A stretch of DNA of 61,042 nucleotides, taken from contig CAXTEP010000002.1 in NCBI GenBank assembly GCA_964243125.1, forward strand, positions 2,655 to 63,696, in the 5' to 3' direction. The notes beneath the pieces are model-generated. The model was not told where the DNA came from. It was given only the letters and a program-made list of their open reading frames with translations, and did not search any database. Positions 1 to 9,469 of the stretch are shown here, piece by piece. This stretch comes from an uncultured Lichenihabitans sp. (lineage in GTDB: Bacteria > Pseudomonadota > Alphaproteobacteria > Rhizobiales > Beijerinckiaceae). A program made the translations under genes and the position numbers. How positions within the stretch are numbered: the first letter of the stretch is position 1; every line of letters begins with the position of its first letter.

Positions 1-183
1 GCGCTGGTTGGCGGCGGCGGTTGCTCGCCACCCGCACCCGGGGGGCCACGATTCCGCCGGCCTCGGCTCGCACGGCATCGACAAGCGTCCCGAACGGGTT
101 TCTGATGCGGAGGTCGAGGGCGGCCCGCCGGTGCGGGGCCGGACGGCGCCGCCGGGCCTCGTCGCGGCGCGGAGGGGAGATCC

Positions 184-1215
184 ATGAAGGCGGTCGTGAT
201 CCACGGGGCGGGCGACCTGCGCGTCGACGAGGTCGAGGCGCAGCCGCTGAAACCCGGGGAGGTGCGGGTGCGGGTCGGCGCCGGCGGCATCTGCGGGTCG
301 GACCTGCACTACCTCCGCCACGGCGGCTTCGGTTCGGTCCGGCTGCGGGAGCCCATGATCCTCGGCCACGAGATCGCGGGCCGCGTGGTCGAGGTCGGGG
401 CCGCGGTGGAGGGCATCGCGCCGGGCCAGGCCGTGGCGGTCAACCCGAGCCTCGCCTGCGGCGGATGCGCGTTCTGCCGACGAGGGTTGCAGAACCAGTG
501 CCTCGACATGCGCTTCTTCGGGAGCGCCATGCGGTTTCCGCACGTGCAGGGTGGGTTTCGCGAAACACTCACCTGCGCGGCCGAGCAGGCCGTGCCGGTG
601 CCCGACCACGTGTCGCCGGCGGAAGCGGCCTTCGCGGAGCCGCTGGCGGTCTGCCTGCACGCCGTGCGGCGGGCGGGCCCGCTGCTCGGAGCCCGCGTGC
701 TCGTGACGGGCGCGGGGCCCATCGGCGCGCTGCTGGTCGCGGCGGCCCGCCGCGCCGGGGCCGCCGAGATCGCCGTGACCGACGTGCTGGACCCGCCGCT
801 GGCAATCGCCCGGCGCGTCGGGGCCGACCGGGCCGTCAACGTGCAAACCGACCCCGACGGCCTGGCGGACTACGCGCCCGACAAGGGCCGGTTCGACGTG
901 ATGTTCGAGGCGGCGGGCAGCGCCGCCACCCTGCTGGCGGGCTTGCAGGTGGTTCGGCCGCGCGGCACCATCGTCCTGGTCGGCCAGGGCGCGGAAGCGA
1001 CGCTTCCCATGTCGCAGATCGTCACCAAGGAACTCGAATTGCGCGGCACCTTCCGGTTCGGCGAGGAGTTCGCCCTCGCGGTGGGGTTCATCGCCGACGG
1101 GCTCATCGACGTGAAGCCGCTGCTGACCGAGGTCGTGCCGGTCGGGGAAGCGCGACGGGCCTTCGAGCTGGCGTCCGACAAGAGCCGGAGCATGAAGGTC
1201 CAGCTCGCCTTCTGA
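184..1215 (+). CDS. idnD: L-idonate 5-dehydrogenase (Zn-dependent medium-chain dehydrogenase)
   Basis: GICGSDLHY, GHE catalytic Zn motif, CGGCAFC...C structural Zn site, GAGPIG NAD motif, C-terminal SMKVQLAF typical of IdnD; GGGGAG RBS; adjacent to idnO. Confidence 0.88.
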   Translation: MKAVVIHGAGDLRVDEVEAQPLKPGEVRVRVGAGGICGSDLHYLRHGGFGSVRLREPMILGHEIAGRVVEVGAAVEGIAPGQAVAVNPSLACGGCAFCRRGLQNQCLDMRFFGSAMRFPHVQGGFRETLTCAAEQAVPVPDHVSPAEAAFAEPLAVCLHAVRRAGPLLGARVLVTGAGPIGALLVAAARRAGAAEIAVTDVLDPPLAIARRVGADRAVNVQTDPDGLADYAPDKGRFDVMFEAAGSAATLLAGLQVVRPRGTIVLVGQGAEATLPMSQIVTKELELRGTFRFGEEFALAVGFIADGLIDVKPLLTEVVPVGEARRAFELASDKSRSMKVQLAF

Positions 1216-1242
1216 TCCGAAAGTCCGCCGTGAGCGCGAGGA

Positions 1243-2007
1243 ATGTTGGACGTGTTTGACCTGAGCGGGCGCATGGCCCTGATCACCGGATCGAGCCGCG
1301 GCATCGGGCTCGCCCTGGCCGAAGGGCTCGGCAAGGCGGGCGCCAGGATCGTCGTGAACGGCCGGACCGCCGCGACCGTCGAGGCGGCCCGCGACCGCCT
1401 CGCCGCGAGGGGAATCGCGGCCGCGACATCGATCTTCGACGCCACGGACCCTTCCGCCGTGCAGGCCGCGGTGGCGCGGATCGAGGCCGACGAGGGCGCG
1501 ATCGACATCCTGCTCAACAATGCGGGCATCCAGCACCGCGCGCCGCTCCAGGATTTTCCGCACGACGCGTTCCGCCGCGTGATCGAGACCAACCTGTTCA
1601 GCGCCTTCTACGTCGGGCAGGCGGTCGCCCGTTGCATGATCGAGCGGCGCCGGGGGTCCATCATCAACATCTGCTCGGTGCAGAGCGAGCTGGGCCGGCC
1701 TTCCATCGCGCCCTACACGGCCTCGAAAGGCGGCCTGAAGATGCTGACCAAGGGCATGGCGGTCGACTGGGGCCCTTACGGGATCAGGGTCAATGGGCTG
1801 GGCCCCGGCTATTTCAAGACGGAACTGAACGACGCCCTGGTCCGGGACGAGGCATTCACGGCCTGGCTGTGCAAGCGGACGCCGCTCGGCCGGTGGGGCG
1901 ACGTGGGGGAACTCACGGGGGCGGCGGTGTTTCTCGCGTCCGACGCGTCGAGCTTCGTGACGGGCCACGTGCTTTACGTCGACGGCGGCATCACCAGCAG
2001 CCTGTGA
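1243..2007 (+). CDS. idnO: Gluconate 5-dehydrogenase (SDR family)
   Basis: TGSSRGIG, NNAGIQHR, ICSVQSELGRPSIAPYTASKGG (YxxxK), LYVDGGIT; GAGGA RBS. Confidence 0.9.
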   Translation: MLDVFDLSGRMALITGSSRGIGLALAEGLGKAGARIVVNGRTAATVEAARDRLAARGIAAATSIFDATDPSAVQAAVARIEADEGAIDILLNNAGIQHRAPLQDFPHDAFRRVIETNLFSAFYVGQAVARCMIERRRGSIINICSVQSELGRPSIAPYTASKGGLKMLTKGMAVDWGPYGIRVNGLGPGYFKTELNDALVRDEAFTAWLCKRTPLGRWGDVGELTGAAVFLASDASSFVTGHVLYVDGGITSSL

Positions 2008-2068
2008 CCCGCGCGCGGTCCGGTTCGGCGCGGCCGACCTGATCGGCGTCGCGCCGGCCGGCCCGGGA

Positions 2069-4234
2069 TCACGGGTCGGGCCGTTTCGGCAGTCCGGCCG
2101 ATACGGTCCTGCGCCTGACCTTGCCGGCGTCGCCCGCCAGCACCTCGACGCTCACCTCGGCGCCATGGCCCGCGATGCGGATCTCGAAACACGCCGTTCC
2201 GACCCGCAGGTCCCTCAGGGTGAGGTCCGGGAGCCACGGCGGCAGCCAGGGGTCGAGGTAAAGGATGCCGTCCTCGGCGGCGGGCTGGAACCCCACGATG
2301 GCCTGCAGCAGGAAGAAGACCGTTCCGGCCGCCCAGGCCTGCGGCACGTTCGCGCCGGCGTACTGGACCGGGAAGTTGGCGCCGTCGCGCTGGATGCCGG
2401 CGTAGAGCTCGGGCATCTGGTGCAGCATGAAGAAGCTCGCGGCTTCGCTGATGTCGCGGGCGACCCGGGCCGCCTCCGCGTGGAACCCGTAGCGCTTGAA
2501 GCCGAGCGCGATGATGCCGTTGTCGTGCGGCCAAACGGAGCCCTTCTGGTACGAGAAGGGGTTGAACGACGGGTGTTCGGCCGACAGCGTCCGGATGCCC
2601 CAGCCCGACCACATGTCGGGCCGCATGAGCCGCTCCACCACCCGTCCCGCCTTGTCGGGCGGCACGATGCCGCTCCAAAGCAGGTGGCCCGGGTTCGACG
2701 CGACCGTGAGCACCTTCTTCTTCTCGGCGTCGAGGCAGAACGCGTAGAAGCCGGAGTCCTCGTCCCAGAAGGCCTCGTCGAAACGCCTGTAAAGGTCGGC
2801 CGCCTTGCCGCGCAGGCGCTCCGCGTCCCCGGAACGGCCGAGGACGTCGTAGATTTCCGCCATGCGGAGCCAGGCGTCGTAGACGTAGCCCTGCAGCTCG
2901 CAGAGCGCGATCGGCGGCTCGACCAGCCGGCCGTCGAGGTGCATGACGGCGTCGCTTGAATCCTTCCAACCCTGGTTGCGGATGCCGGCCGGCGAGCGCG
3001 TGCCGTATTCCTGGAAACCGTCGCGGTCGCGGTCGCCGCAGGTGTCGATCCAGGCGAGGCAGCGCTCCGCGGTCGTCAGGTGCCGGTCGAGCAGGGTCCT
3101 GTCGCCGGTGCAGCGCCAGGCCACGTGCAGTGCGATGACGTAGAGCGGCGTGGCGTCGGCGGTGCCGTAGTAGGGCGTGTGCGGAACCTTGCCGAGGCGG
3201 GCCAGCTCCCCGTGCCGCAGTTCGTGCAGGATGCGGCCGGGCTCGGCGTCACGGTAATCGTCGGTTTCGGTGGCCTGAAACTCGCCGAGCACCTCCAGCG
3301 CCCCGCGCGCGAAATCGGGGTAGACGAACCCGGTCTGCAGGGCCGCGATCAGGCTGTCCCGCCCGAACAGGGTGACGAACCAGGGCACGCCGCCCGCCGC
3401 CACGAACCGCAGGTGGTCGGTTCCCTCGATCGACAGGCGCAACGACGCCATGTCCTCGACGGATTGCTGGAACAGGCGATAGAATTCCTCGTTGCTGGTT
3501 TCGAGCTTCAGGACGGTGTTGCGCCACTCCTCCAGGGCGGCTCCGAGCCCGGCCGCCGGCGCGTGCGCGAAACACTCGCGCGGCGCCTCGAAGGTGCGCT
3601 CCCCGTCGACCAGGTCGTGGCACAGGCAGATGTGCCACGATGCGCCGGGCCGTATCTCGACCTCGAAGGTGAGGCGTCCGTTGATGATCCGGCCCGGACT
3701 GTCGCCGCCGAGGATCCTGAGCGTGAGGGCGCGACGAAACCCGCCGTTGGCGTAGGCCGAGGTGAACGTCATCGCCTCCTCGTCCCAGCGGCTGGTGATG
3801 CGGCCGCGGCGGACCAGGTGGCGGGCCTTGACGTCGAACAGGTCGGCGAAGTCGCTGCGGATCAGGATCTCGAAGTTGAAGCGGACCGGAACCGGGCCGT
3901 AGTTCGTGATGTCGAAATCCTCGTGCAGGCCGCCCCCGACCGTGCGGCTGAGCACCATGCCGATCGAGCGCGCCGCGACGGGCCCGTCCTCGGTTTCGAA
4001 ATCCGCGTTGGTGAGGAAGGCCCGCGACGCGTAGTAGAACACCGAGCCCGCGTTGAGCAGGTCGAACGGCACGCCGTTGGCGAAGAACTGGTAGGCGCTG
4101 ATCAGGCGCGTGTCGAAGAAGTACAGGCCTTTGTCGGTGCCGGATTTGATCTCGCCGCTGGGCTCGCTGGCCAGAACGGTCTGCCCCTGGTTGATGGTCA
4201 GGAGCGGCGGGCCGACCGTGATCTCAAGCGCCAT
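2069..4234 (-). CDS. Amylo-alpha-1,6-glucosidase-like / glycogen debranching enzyme family hydrolase (GDE_N + GDE_C)
   Basis: 721 aa; GLYFFDTRLIS N-domain, PWFVTLFGRDSLI, NQGWKDS, YQKGSVWPHDN, PELYAG, PQAWAAG motifs. Confidence 0.85.
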   Translation of the reverse strand: MALEITVGPPLLTINQGQTVLASEPSGEIKSGTDKGLYFFDTRLISAYQFFANGVPFDLLNAGSVFYYASRAFLTNADFETEDGPVAARSIGMVLSRTVGGGLHEDFDITNYGPVPVRFNFEILIRSDFADLFDVKARHLVRRGRITSRWDEEAMTFTSAYANGGFRRALTLRILGGDSPGRIINGRLTFEVEIRPGASWHICLCHDLVDGERTFEAPRECFAHAPAAGLGAALEEWRNTVLKLETSNEEFYRLFQQSVEDMASLRLSIEGTDHLRFVAAGGVPWFVTLFGRDSLIAALQTGFVYPDFARGALEVLGEFQATETDDYRDAEPGRILHELRHGELARLGKVPHTPYYGTADATPLYVIALHVAWRCTGDRTLLDRHLTTAERCLAWIDTCGDRDRDGFQEYGTRSPAGIRNQGWKDSSDAVMHLDGRLVEPPIALCELQGYVYDAWLRMAEIYDVLGRSGDAERLRGKAADLYRRFDEAFWDEDSGFYAFCLDAEKKKVLTVASNPGHLLWSGIVPPDKAGRVVERLMRPDMWSGWGIRTLSAEHPSFNPFSYQKGSVWPHDNGIIALGFKRYGFHAEAARVARDISEAASFFMLHQMPELYAGIQRDGANFPVQYAGANVPQAWAAGTVFFLLQAIVGFQPAAEDGILYLDPWLPPWLPDLTLRDLRVGTACFEIRIAGHGAEVSVEVLAGDAGKVRRRTVSAGLPKRPDP

Positions 4235-4330
4235 GGCTGTGCCTCGATGGTTGTGCCCTTGGCAGCCCGGTCGCGATCCCGCGCCGGTTGGGCGTCGGCG
4301 GTCCAGGTGCGGACGTCATGTCGGCTCGGC

Positions 4331-4356
4331 AACGCGCGTCGGGCCGCGATGGTCCC
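4331..4356 (-). promoter_or_regulatory. Putative EcfG (general stress response sigma) promoter of the debranching-enzyme gene
   Basis: Minus strand reads GGGAC-N17-CGTT, one mismatch to the GGAAC-N16/17-CGTT consensus, about 100 nt upstream of the start codon. Confidence 0.45.
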
Positions 4357-4480
4357 GCCGCGGCGCAGGACAGGCGTGGACGGTCAGGGTCGCGGCTTGA
4401 ACAAAGCATGGCTCGCGAGCCGCTCCCCCTTAATGTCGAGGTCCTGGACGCGAAGAAGAACCATGCACCCGGAGTCCTGC

Positions 4481-5040
4481 ATGGAAATGCATCAGGTTCG
4501 TTACTTCCTGGCGGTCGCGCGGCATTTCAACTTCACCCCGCGCCGCCGAGAAGCTGCGCGTTGCCCAGCCCTCGCGCACGCGCGCGATCCAGAAGCTCGG
4601 ACTCGAGCTCGGCGGCCCCCTGTTCCGGCGCGAACGGTCGAACACGGATCTGACCGAACTCGGGCGCATGATGCTGCCGCACCTCCAGGCCGCCTTCGCG
4701 GCCGTCGAGACCGCCGAGCATCACGCGCTCCGGCTGAAGAAGCAGGACATCGGCTCGCTGGCGCTGGAAGTCTGCCTCGGGCTCGACCTCGGCGAGGCGG
4801 CCGCGCTGGTGCTCGGCGCCGCCGAGCCCGGCCGGTCGCCGGACTCGTGCGCGGCGGCTTCGGCTGCGCCGTGACGCCGGCCCGATTGGCCGAACTCCAC
4901 GCGCTGCCCGCCGGCCGCTCCACGGCGTGCCCCTGCGGCATCGCACGGTGCTGGCGACCGTGACGGGCCGGCAGCACTCGCTGGCCGTGACGACGCTGAT
5001 CCGGCAGGTCGGCAGGACGGGCGGCCACGAGGTCAGGCGG
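4481..5040 (+). pseudogene. LysR-family regulator pseudogene (frameshifts and internal deletion)
   Basis: MEMHQVRYFLAVARHFNFT, then an extra C in ACCCCG (about 4536-4539) shifts to RAAEKLRVAQPSRTRAIQKLGLELGGPLFRRERSNTDLTELG. Later fragments GLVRGGFGCAVTP and VLATVTGRQHSLAV lie in shifted frames; far too short for a full LysR. Confidence 0.82.
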
Positions 5041-5325
5041 TGTGATGGATCCGCTCCGGCGCTTCGACGATGAGCAGCGGGTCGAGGCGCCGCGTCACGT
5101 CGGGTCGACGTAGGACAGGGTGACGGTCCCGTTCGGCGCGATCACGCAGCTGTTCACTTCGGGCTGCGAGCGCCTGCCAGCCGTGCTGAAGCGCTGGGAC
5201 GTGCTGGTCGCGCCGCGGCCCGATCCGGTGGAGGGCTTCATGAGCACCACCTCCATGTGCTCGCCCTGGACCAGCATCAACGTCACCGCGACCGTCACGG
5301 TCCAGTACCCGACCCGGAAGCCGAT
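5033..5325 (-). pseudogene. Remnant of a peroxiredoxin-like (AhpC/TSA) gene, C-terminal part
   Basis: VIAPNGTVTLSYVDP followed after a frameshift by DVTRRLDPLLIVEA resembles the FVIxxDGxV...VDPDYxxRLEP end of Prx-like proteins; no N-terminus present. Confidence 0.45.
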
Positions 5326-5640
5326 GATTGCCGGTCGGCCCTGGGCTGCGCCGACGCCCTGGCACGCGCTGACCTGCGGCACGACCGCGGCCAGACGCCG
5401 GCCGTCCGCGTCTGCATCAACTCGGGCGACGTGCTGGTCGGCAATGTCGGAACCGACCGGCGCCCCAACGACACCGTCGTGGGTGACGCCGTGAACGGCG
5501 AGTCGGATCGGGCGCGCCAGCAAGGTCTACGGCACGTCCATTGCAGTCGGCGGCGCCACGCCCCGGAAGCTCGGGCCCGGGTTCGTGACCAGGATGTTCG
5601 ATCGCGCGGCGCTCGACGGGCGGTCGGACGGCATGGCCGG
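5326..5640 (+). pseudogene. Remnant of a class III adenylate/guanylate cyclase catalytic domain
   Basis: CRSALGCADAL...VRVCINSGDVLVGNVGTDRRPNDTVVGDAVN, then frameshifted KVYGTSIAVG...TRMFDRAALDGR; matches the RxGINSG...GNxG...TVxGDxVN cyclase motif but degenerate and 5'-truncated. Confidence 0.72.
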
Positions 5641-5780
5641 GCGGCGCAGGTCGTTCCCGGCCGGGATCGGCCGAAGCGGACGTGCCCGAACGCGCCGCTC
5701 CCTTCAGCGCGCGCGCAGGCGGCCCCGGCCCAGCCCGGCGCGGCATAGCGCCGTAGCGGTGCTCCGGACCTGTCCGGCCA

Positions 5781-5806
5781 GGAACCGAACCCGGCCCCGC
5801 TCAATT
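5781..5806 (+). promoter_or_regulatory. Putative EcfG/RpoE2-type promoter of the glycosyltransferase
   Basis: GGAAC-N19-TT about 45 nt upstream of the probable GTG start at 5851. Confidence 0.4.
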
Positions 5807-5850
5807 TCGACCAGCACCGGCAATTGCGGTTCGGGACGGGTAACGTGGGC

Positions 5851-7056
5851 GTGGATCAGAGCACAACCATCGGCTTGAAACCGGCCGGCAACCGGTTCGC
5901 CATCGTGGCGATCCCGGCCAACAACGAGGCCGACCGGATCGAAGCCTGCCTGGCGGCGCTGGCGGTCCAGCGCGACCGGTTCGGGGCGCCGCTTCCGGCG
6001 GGAAGCTTCGAGGTGCTGGTTTTCGCCAACAATTGCGTGGACGGGACCGCGGCCGCGGTGCGAGCCGTCGCGGCCGCGAGCCCCCACCCGGTCGTCCTGG
6101 TCGAGGAACGCCTCGCGCCCGAGAAGTCCAACGCAGGCTGGGCCCGCAAGCGAGCCATGGACCTGGCGGCCGACCGCCTGATCGCCGGCAACCGCCACGA
6201 CGCCCTGATCCTCACCACCGACGCGGACAGCCTCGTCGGACTGACCTGGATCGACGCGACCCGGCACGCCGTCGTGGCGGGCGCCGACGCGGTGGCGGGC
6301 TACATCGACGCCCACCCGCTCGAAATGCTGCGGCTCGGCCCGGGGCTCATGGGGCGCGGCCGCCTGGAGGACCGCTACCTGCGCCTGGTCGCCGAGATCG
6401 AGGCGATCTGCGATCCCCGGCCGCACGACCCCTGGCCGAACCATCGCGTGTCGTCGGGCGCCAGCCTGGCCGTCACCCTGCCGGCCTACCTGGCGATCGG
6501 CGGCCTGCCCCCCAAGCCCGTGGGCGAGGATGCGGCGCTGACGGCCGTGCTCGACGCGGCGGGCTTCAGGGTGCGGCATGCCATGGACGTCTGCGTGTCG
6601 ACCTCGTGCCGGTTCGACGGGCGCGCCAGGGGCGGCGCCGCCGATACGATGCGGCACCGCCACGCCGTGCTCGAGGCGCCCTGCGACGGCGACCTCGAAC
6701 CGGCCCTGTCGGCCGTGCGCCGCGCGCTGTGCAAGGGCCTGCTGCGCCGCCACCACGACGCCGGCACACTCGGCGCGGTGCGGTGGGCCGAGCGGCTGGG
6801 GATCGCGGCCCGGGACGCCGAGGCGCTGGTGGCGGGCGGCACCCGGGCCGGGTTCGAGGATCTGTGGACCCGCGCCGTCGAGGCCAGCCCGGCGCTGCGC
6901 CGCCGCCACGTCCTGCGCCCGTCCGATCTGCCGCGCCAGATCGAGCGGGCCGCGACCTGCATTCGGCTGCTGCGCGGCGCGTCCCTTACGGGCCCCACAG
7001 CCGTTCGAGCCGGTAGGTCTCGTCGTGCAGGATCGCCCGCCTGGGTCGCCGCGTGA
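5851..7056 (+). CDS. Family 2 glycosyltransferase
   Basis: VAIPANNEADRI, TTDADS (DxD), GASLAV, GGLPPKPVGED, STSCR motifs; start uncertain (5824 TTG or 5851 GTG). Confidence 0.82.
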   Translation: MDQSTTIGLKPAGNRFAIVAIPANNEADRIEACLAALAVQRDRFGAPLPAGSFEVLVFANNCVDGTAAAVRAVAAASPHPVVLVEERLAPEKSNAGWARKRAMDLAADRLIAGNRHDALILTTDADSLVGLTWIDATRHAVVAGADAVAGYIDAHPLEMLRLGPGLMGRGRLEDRYLRLVAEIEAICDPRPHDPWPNHRVSSGASLAVTLPAYLAIGGLPPKPVGEDAALTAVLDAAGFRVRHAMDVCVSTSCRFDGRARGGAADTMRHRHAVLEAPCDGDLEPALSAVRRALCKGLLRRHHDAGTLGAVRWAERLGIAARDAEALVAGGTRAGFEDLWTRAVEASPALRRRHVLRPSDLPRQIERAATCIRLLRGASLTGPTAVRAGRSRRAGSPAWVAA

Positions 7057-7570
7057 GCATGGCGGCGGCGAACAGGTCGCTCGCCTGCCGCCCGGTGAGC
7101 GGGTAGTCGGTGTCCCCGAGCCAGTGGCACAGGACGATCTCGCCCTGGTCGGTGAGCGCCTCGGCGCAGCGGTCCGCTAGGGCACGCACGTCCGCCTCGT
7201 CGAGGTAGTACACCACCTCCGACAGCACGATCAGGTCGAAACGCCCGGACGGAAAGGCGGCCGGGACCATCCCGGCCTCGAACGCCACGTGGAGCTGGTC
7301 CGCGCAGGCGGCACGCGCGGCCGCGAGCGCCACCGTCGAGGCGTCCAGGGCCAGAAGCGCGTCGCAGCGCCGCGCCAGCAGGGCCGTGAACACGCCGATC
7401 GAGCAGCCGACCTCCAGGGCACGGTCGTAGCGCGCCCGGCCGAGCGCCCGGAGGGTCGCGTCGTACTTGCCGCGCTCGTAGTCGCTGGTCCGGAAGCGCC
7501 AGGGGTCGGGATCGGACCCGTACAGGGTTTCGAAATAGTCCGCCTCGATGGTGCCGACGCGCCGGCTCAC
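6986..7570 (-). CDS. NodS-like class I SAM-dependent methyltransferase
   Basis: YFETLYGSDPDPWRFRTSDYERGKY, LEVGCSIGVFT (motif I), FDLIVLSEVVYYL, LCHW; GTG start overlaps the PIG-L stop (GTGA). Confidence 0.85.
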   Translation of the reverse strand: MSRRVGTIEADYFETLYGSDPDPWRFRTSDYERGKYDATLRALGRARYDRALEVGCSIGVFTALLARRCDALLALDASTVALAAARAACADQLHVAFEAGMVPAAFPSGRFDLIVLSEVVYYLDEADVRALADRCAEALTDQGEIVLCHWLGDTDYPLTGRQASDLFAAAMLTRRPRRAILHDETYRLERLWGP

Positions 7571-8316
7571 GCGGGCACCTCGAACACGTATTCGAACGGA
7601 CCCGTGAAGGGCGCGATCGTCCGCTCGTCGAAGCGGAAGCCCTGCGGGTCGTCCGCGATCAGGTCGGTCATCTGGGAAGCGTGGGCCGCCACCGCGGCCC
7701 GCTTGGCGGGAAGCCAGGGCGCGATGTCGAGCCTGAAGCCGCTCGGGGGCGGCTCGTCGACCTCGGCGGCCGGATCGAGGTGCCAGCCCCAGATCGGGTA
7801 GGACCAGAGCTTCAGGCCGGGGTCGCGCCGCCGCAGCGCCCGCGCCATGGCGTCGGCCGCCTCGTGGTCGCAATGGGGGTCGCGCCGCCACGTCACGAAC
7901 AGGGTGGCGGCACCGGCCTCCGCCAGCACGGCCGCGATCCGGTCGACGGCCCGGTCGAACAGGGGACCCTCGGTCGGCGCCCGCGTGTCGGGCAACCCGA
8001 GGTGGACGAGGCGCCCAGGCGGCAGGCCGAGATGGGCTGCGGCCCGCTCCGCCTCGTCGCGCCGCAGCGCCACCAGGCGGTCGCGGCCGTAGGCCCGCGA
8101 GCCCGGGTGCGATCCGGACCCGTCGGTCAGGATTACCACCTGGGCCCGCTCGCCCGCGCCGCAGGCCGCCGCGATCAGGCCCCCGGTCCCGAGCGACTCG
8201 TCGTCCGGGTGGGGCGACAGCACCACGAAGGGCCTGCCGCCGGTCACGGCCGAGGGGGCGGCGAGCGGCATGGCGCGCAGGGCGTCCAGGAAGGCCTCAA
8301 CCTTCATGGCCGACAT
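7567..8316 (-). CDS. PIG-L/LmbE family deacetylase
   Basis: LSPHPDDESLG and DPHCDH metal-binding motifs, TDGSGSHP, KRAAVAAHASQ; start 8316 or 8307. Confidence 0.88.
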   Translation of the reverse strand: MSAMKVEAFLDALRAMPLAAPSAVTGGRPFVVLSPHPDDESLGTGGLIAAACGAGERAQVVILTDGSGSHPGSRAYGRDRLVALRRDEAERAAAHLGLPPGRLVHLGLPDTRAPTEGPLFDRAVDRIAAVLAEAGAATLFVTWRRDPHCDHEAADAMARALRRRDPGLKLWSYPIWGWHLDPAAEVDEPPPSGFRLDIAPWLPAKRAAVAAHASQMTDLIADDPQGFRFDERTIAPFTGPFEYVFEVPA

Positions 8317-9469
8317 CCCACAGGCGCGCCGTCGGACGCGGGCTGGCCAGGACCGCCCGCGCCGCATCGGCCATGGCGAGGTCGGGAACCGGCTGGCGCA
8401 GGTAGGTCGACAGGTCGCGGGACACGCGCTCCATGGCGTTGGGGCGGATGAAGCTGGCGAGGCCCGCGCCGCGATGCACGGCTTCGAGCACGTCCAGGGC
8501 CGCACGCTCGGTCACCATCCGGGTCAGGTTCACGAACGCGACGGTCTGGTCCGGGTCGGCCGCCTCGTCGGCCAGGCGCCGCGCCGCGTCGGCGATCCAG
8601 AACGCCGCCGTGGCGGTCGCGGCCGCGCAAAGCGCGACCCGCTGCGTCTGGTAGGGATCGCGGTCGCGGCCGCGCGACATGAGCGCGTCGCGGAACAGGT
8701 CGACCAGACGCTCGGCCGCGCCGAGATGCACGGCGCAGAACCGCCAGGCCCCGCCCGAGAAGTGCGGCTGGCGCATGAAGTCGCCCGGCTCCCCCAGCAC
8801 CTGGCCGGCGTCGAGCAGCATGCCCGAAAAGTCCACGCTGCCGGTCGCGGTCGAGCGCATCCCCTGCGCGGTCCAGCCCGCGAGGTCGGCGCGCTCGCCG
8901 GCCCGCAGGCGGGGCAGCAGCATGACCTGGCCCGAGTCGGTCCGCGCCGTCACCACCGGGCGCGTCACGGTGCCGGCGCCGGACGCCAGGATCTTGCGCC
9001 CCCGAAGGCGCCATCCGCCGTCCGCGGGCTCGACCCCGAGCCCGGCCGCGTCGTCGGCGCCCCACACCCCCGTCACGGCCCCGTCGGCCACGGCCCGAGC
9101 GAGACCGCCGACCTGCGCGTCCGTGCCGTAGCGGCACACCAGGGCGATCCCGTTGACGTGACCCTCGAACAGGCGCGCGATCGACAGATCGCTGCCGCCG
9201 ATCAGCCGCAGGATCTCGAACAGGTCGTTGTGGCGGCCGGGCCCGGCCAGATCCTCGCCGCCGTACCGGGCGGGAAACGGCGCAGACGCGAGGCCCGACC
9301 GGTGCAGGGCGTCCCAGGTCCGGGTCGCGATCGTGCCCGACGCGTCGGCCCCCTCGGCCTCCCCGTCCAGAACGGCCGCGAAGGCGCGGGCGCGAGCCAT
9401 GAGGGGCCTCGCGTTCGCGGGCGATACCCGCGATGCGCCGTCCGGCTCGGGTCGATGCTGAAAGTTCAT
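8297..9469 (-). CDS. Acyl-CoA dehydrogenase-fold flavoprotein
   Basis: DLSIARLFEGHVN, LRGRKILASGAG, WTAQGMRSTATGSVDF, ERVSRDLSTYLRQP; ATG overlaps the upstream MFS stop (ATGA). Confidence 0.82.
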   Translation of the reverse strand: MNFQHRPEPDGASRVSPANARPLMARARAFAAVLDGEAEGADASGTIATRTWDALHRSGLASAPFPARYGGEDLAGPGRHNDLFEILRLIGGSDLSIARLFEGHVNGIALVCRYGTDAQVGGLARAVADGAVTGVWGADDAAGLGVEPADGGWRLRGRKILASGAGTVTRPVVTARTDSGQVMLLPRLRAGERADLAGWTAQGMRSTATGSVDFSGMLLDAGQVLGEPGDFMRQPHFSGGAWRFCAVHLGAAERLVDLFRDALMSRGRDRDPYQTQRVALCAAATATAAFWIADAARRLADEAADPDQTVAFVNLTRMVTERAALDVLEAVHRGAGLASFIRPNAMERVSRDLSTYLRQPVPDLAMADAARAVLASPRPTARLWDVGHEG

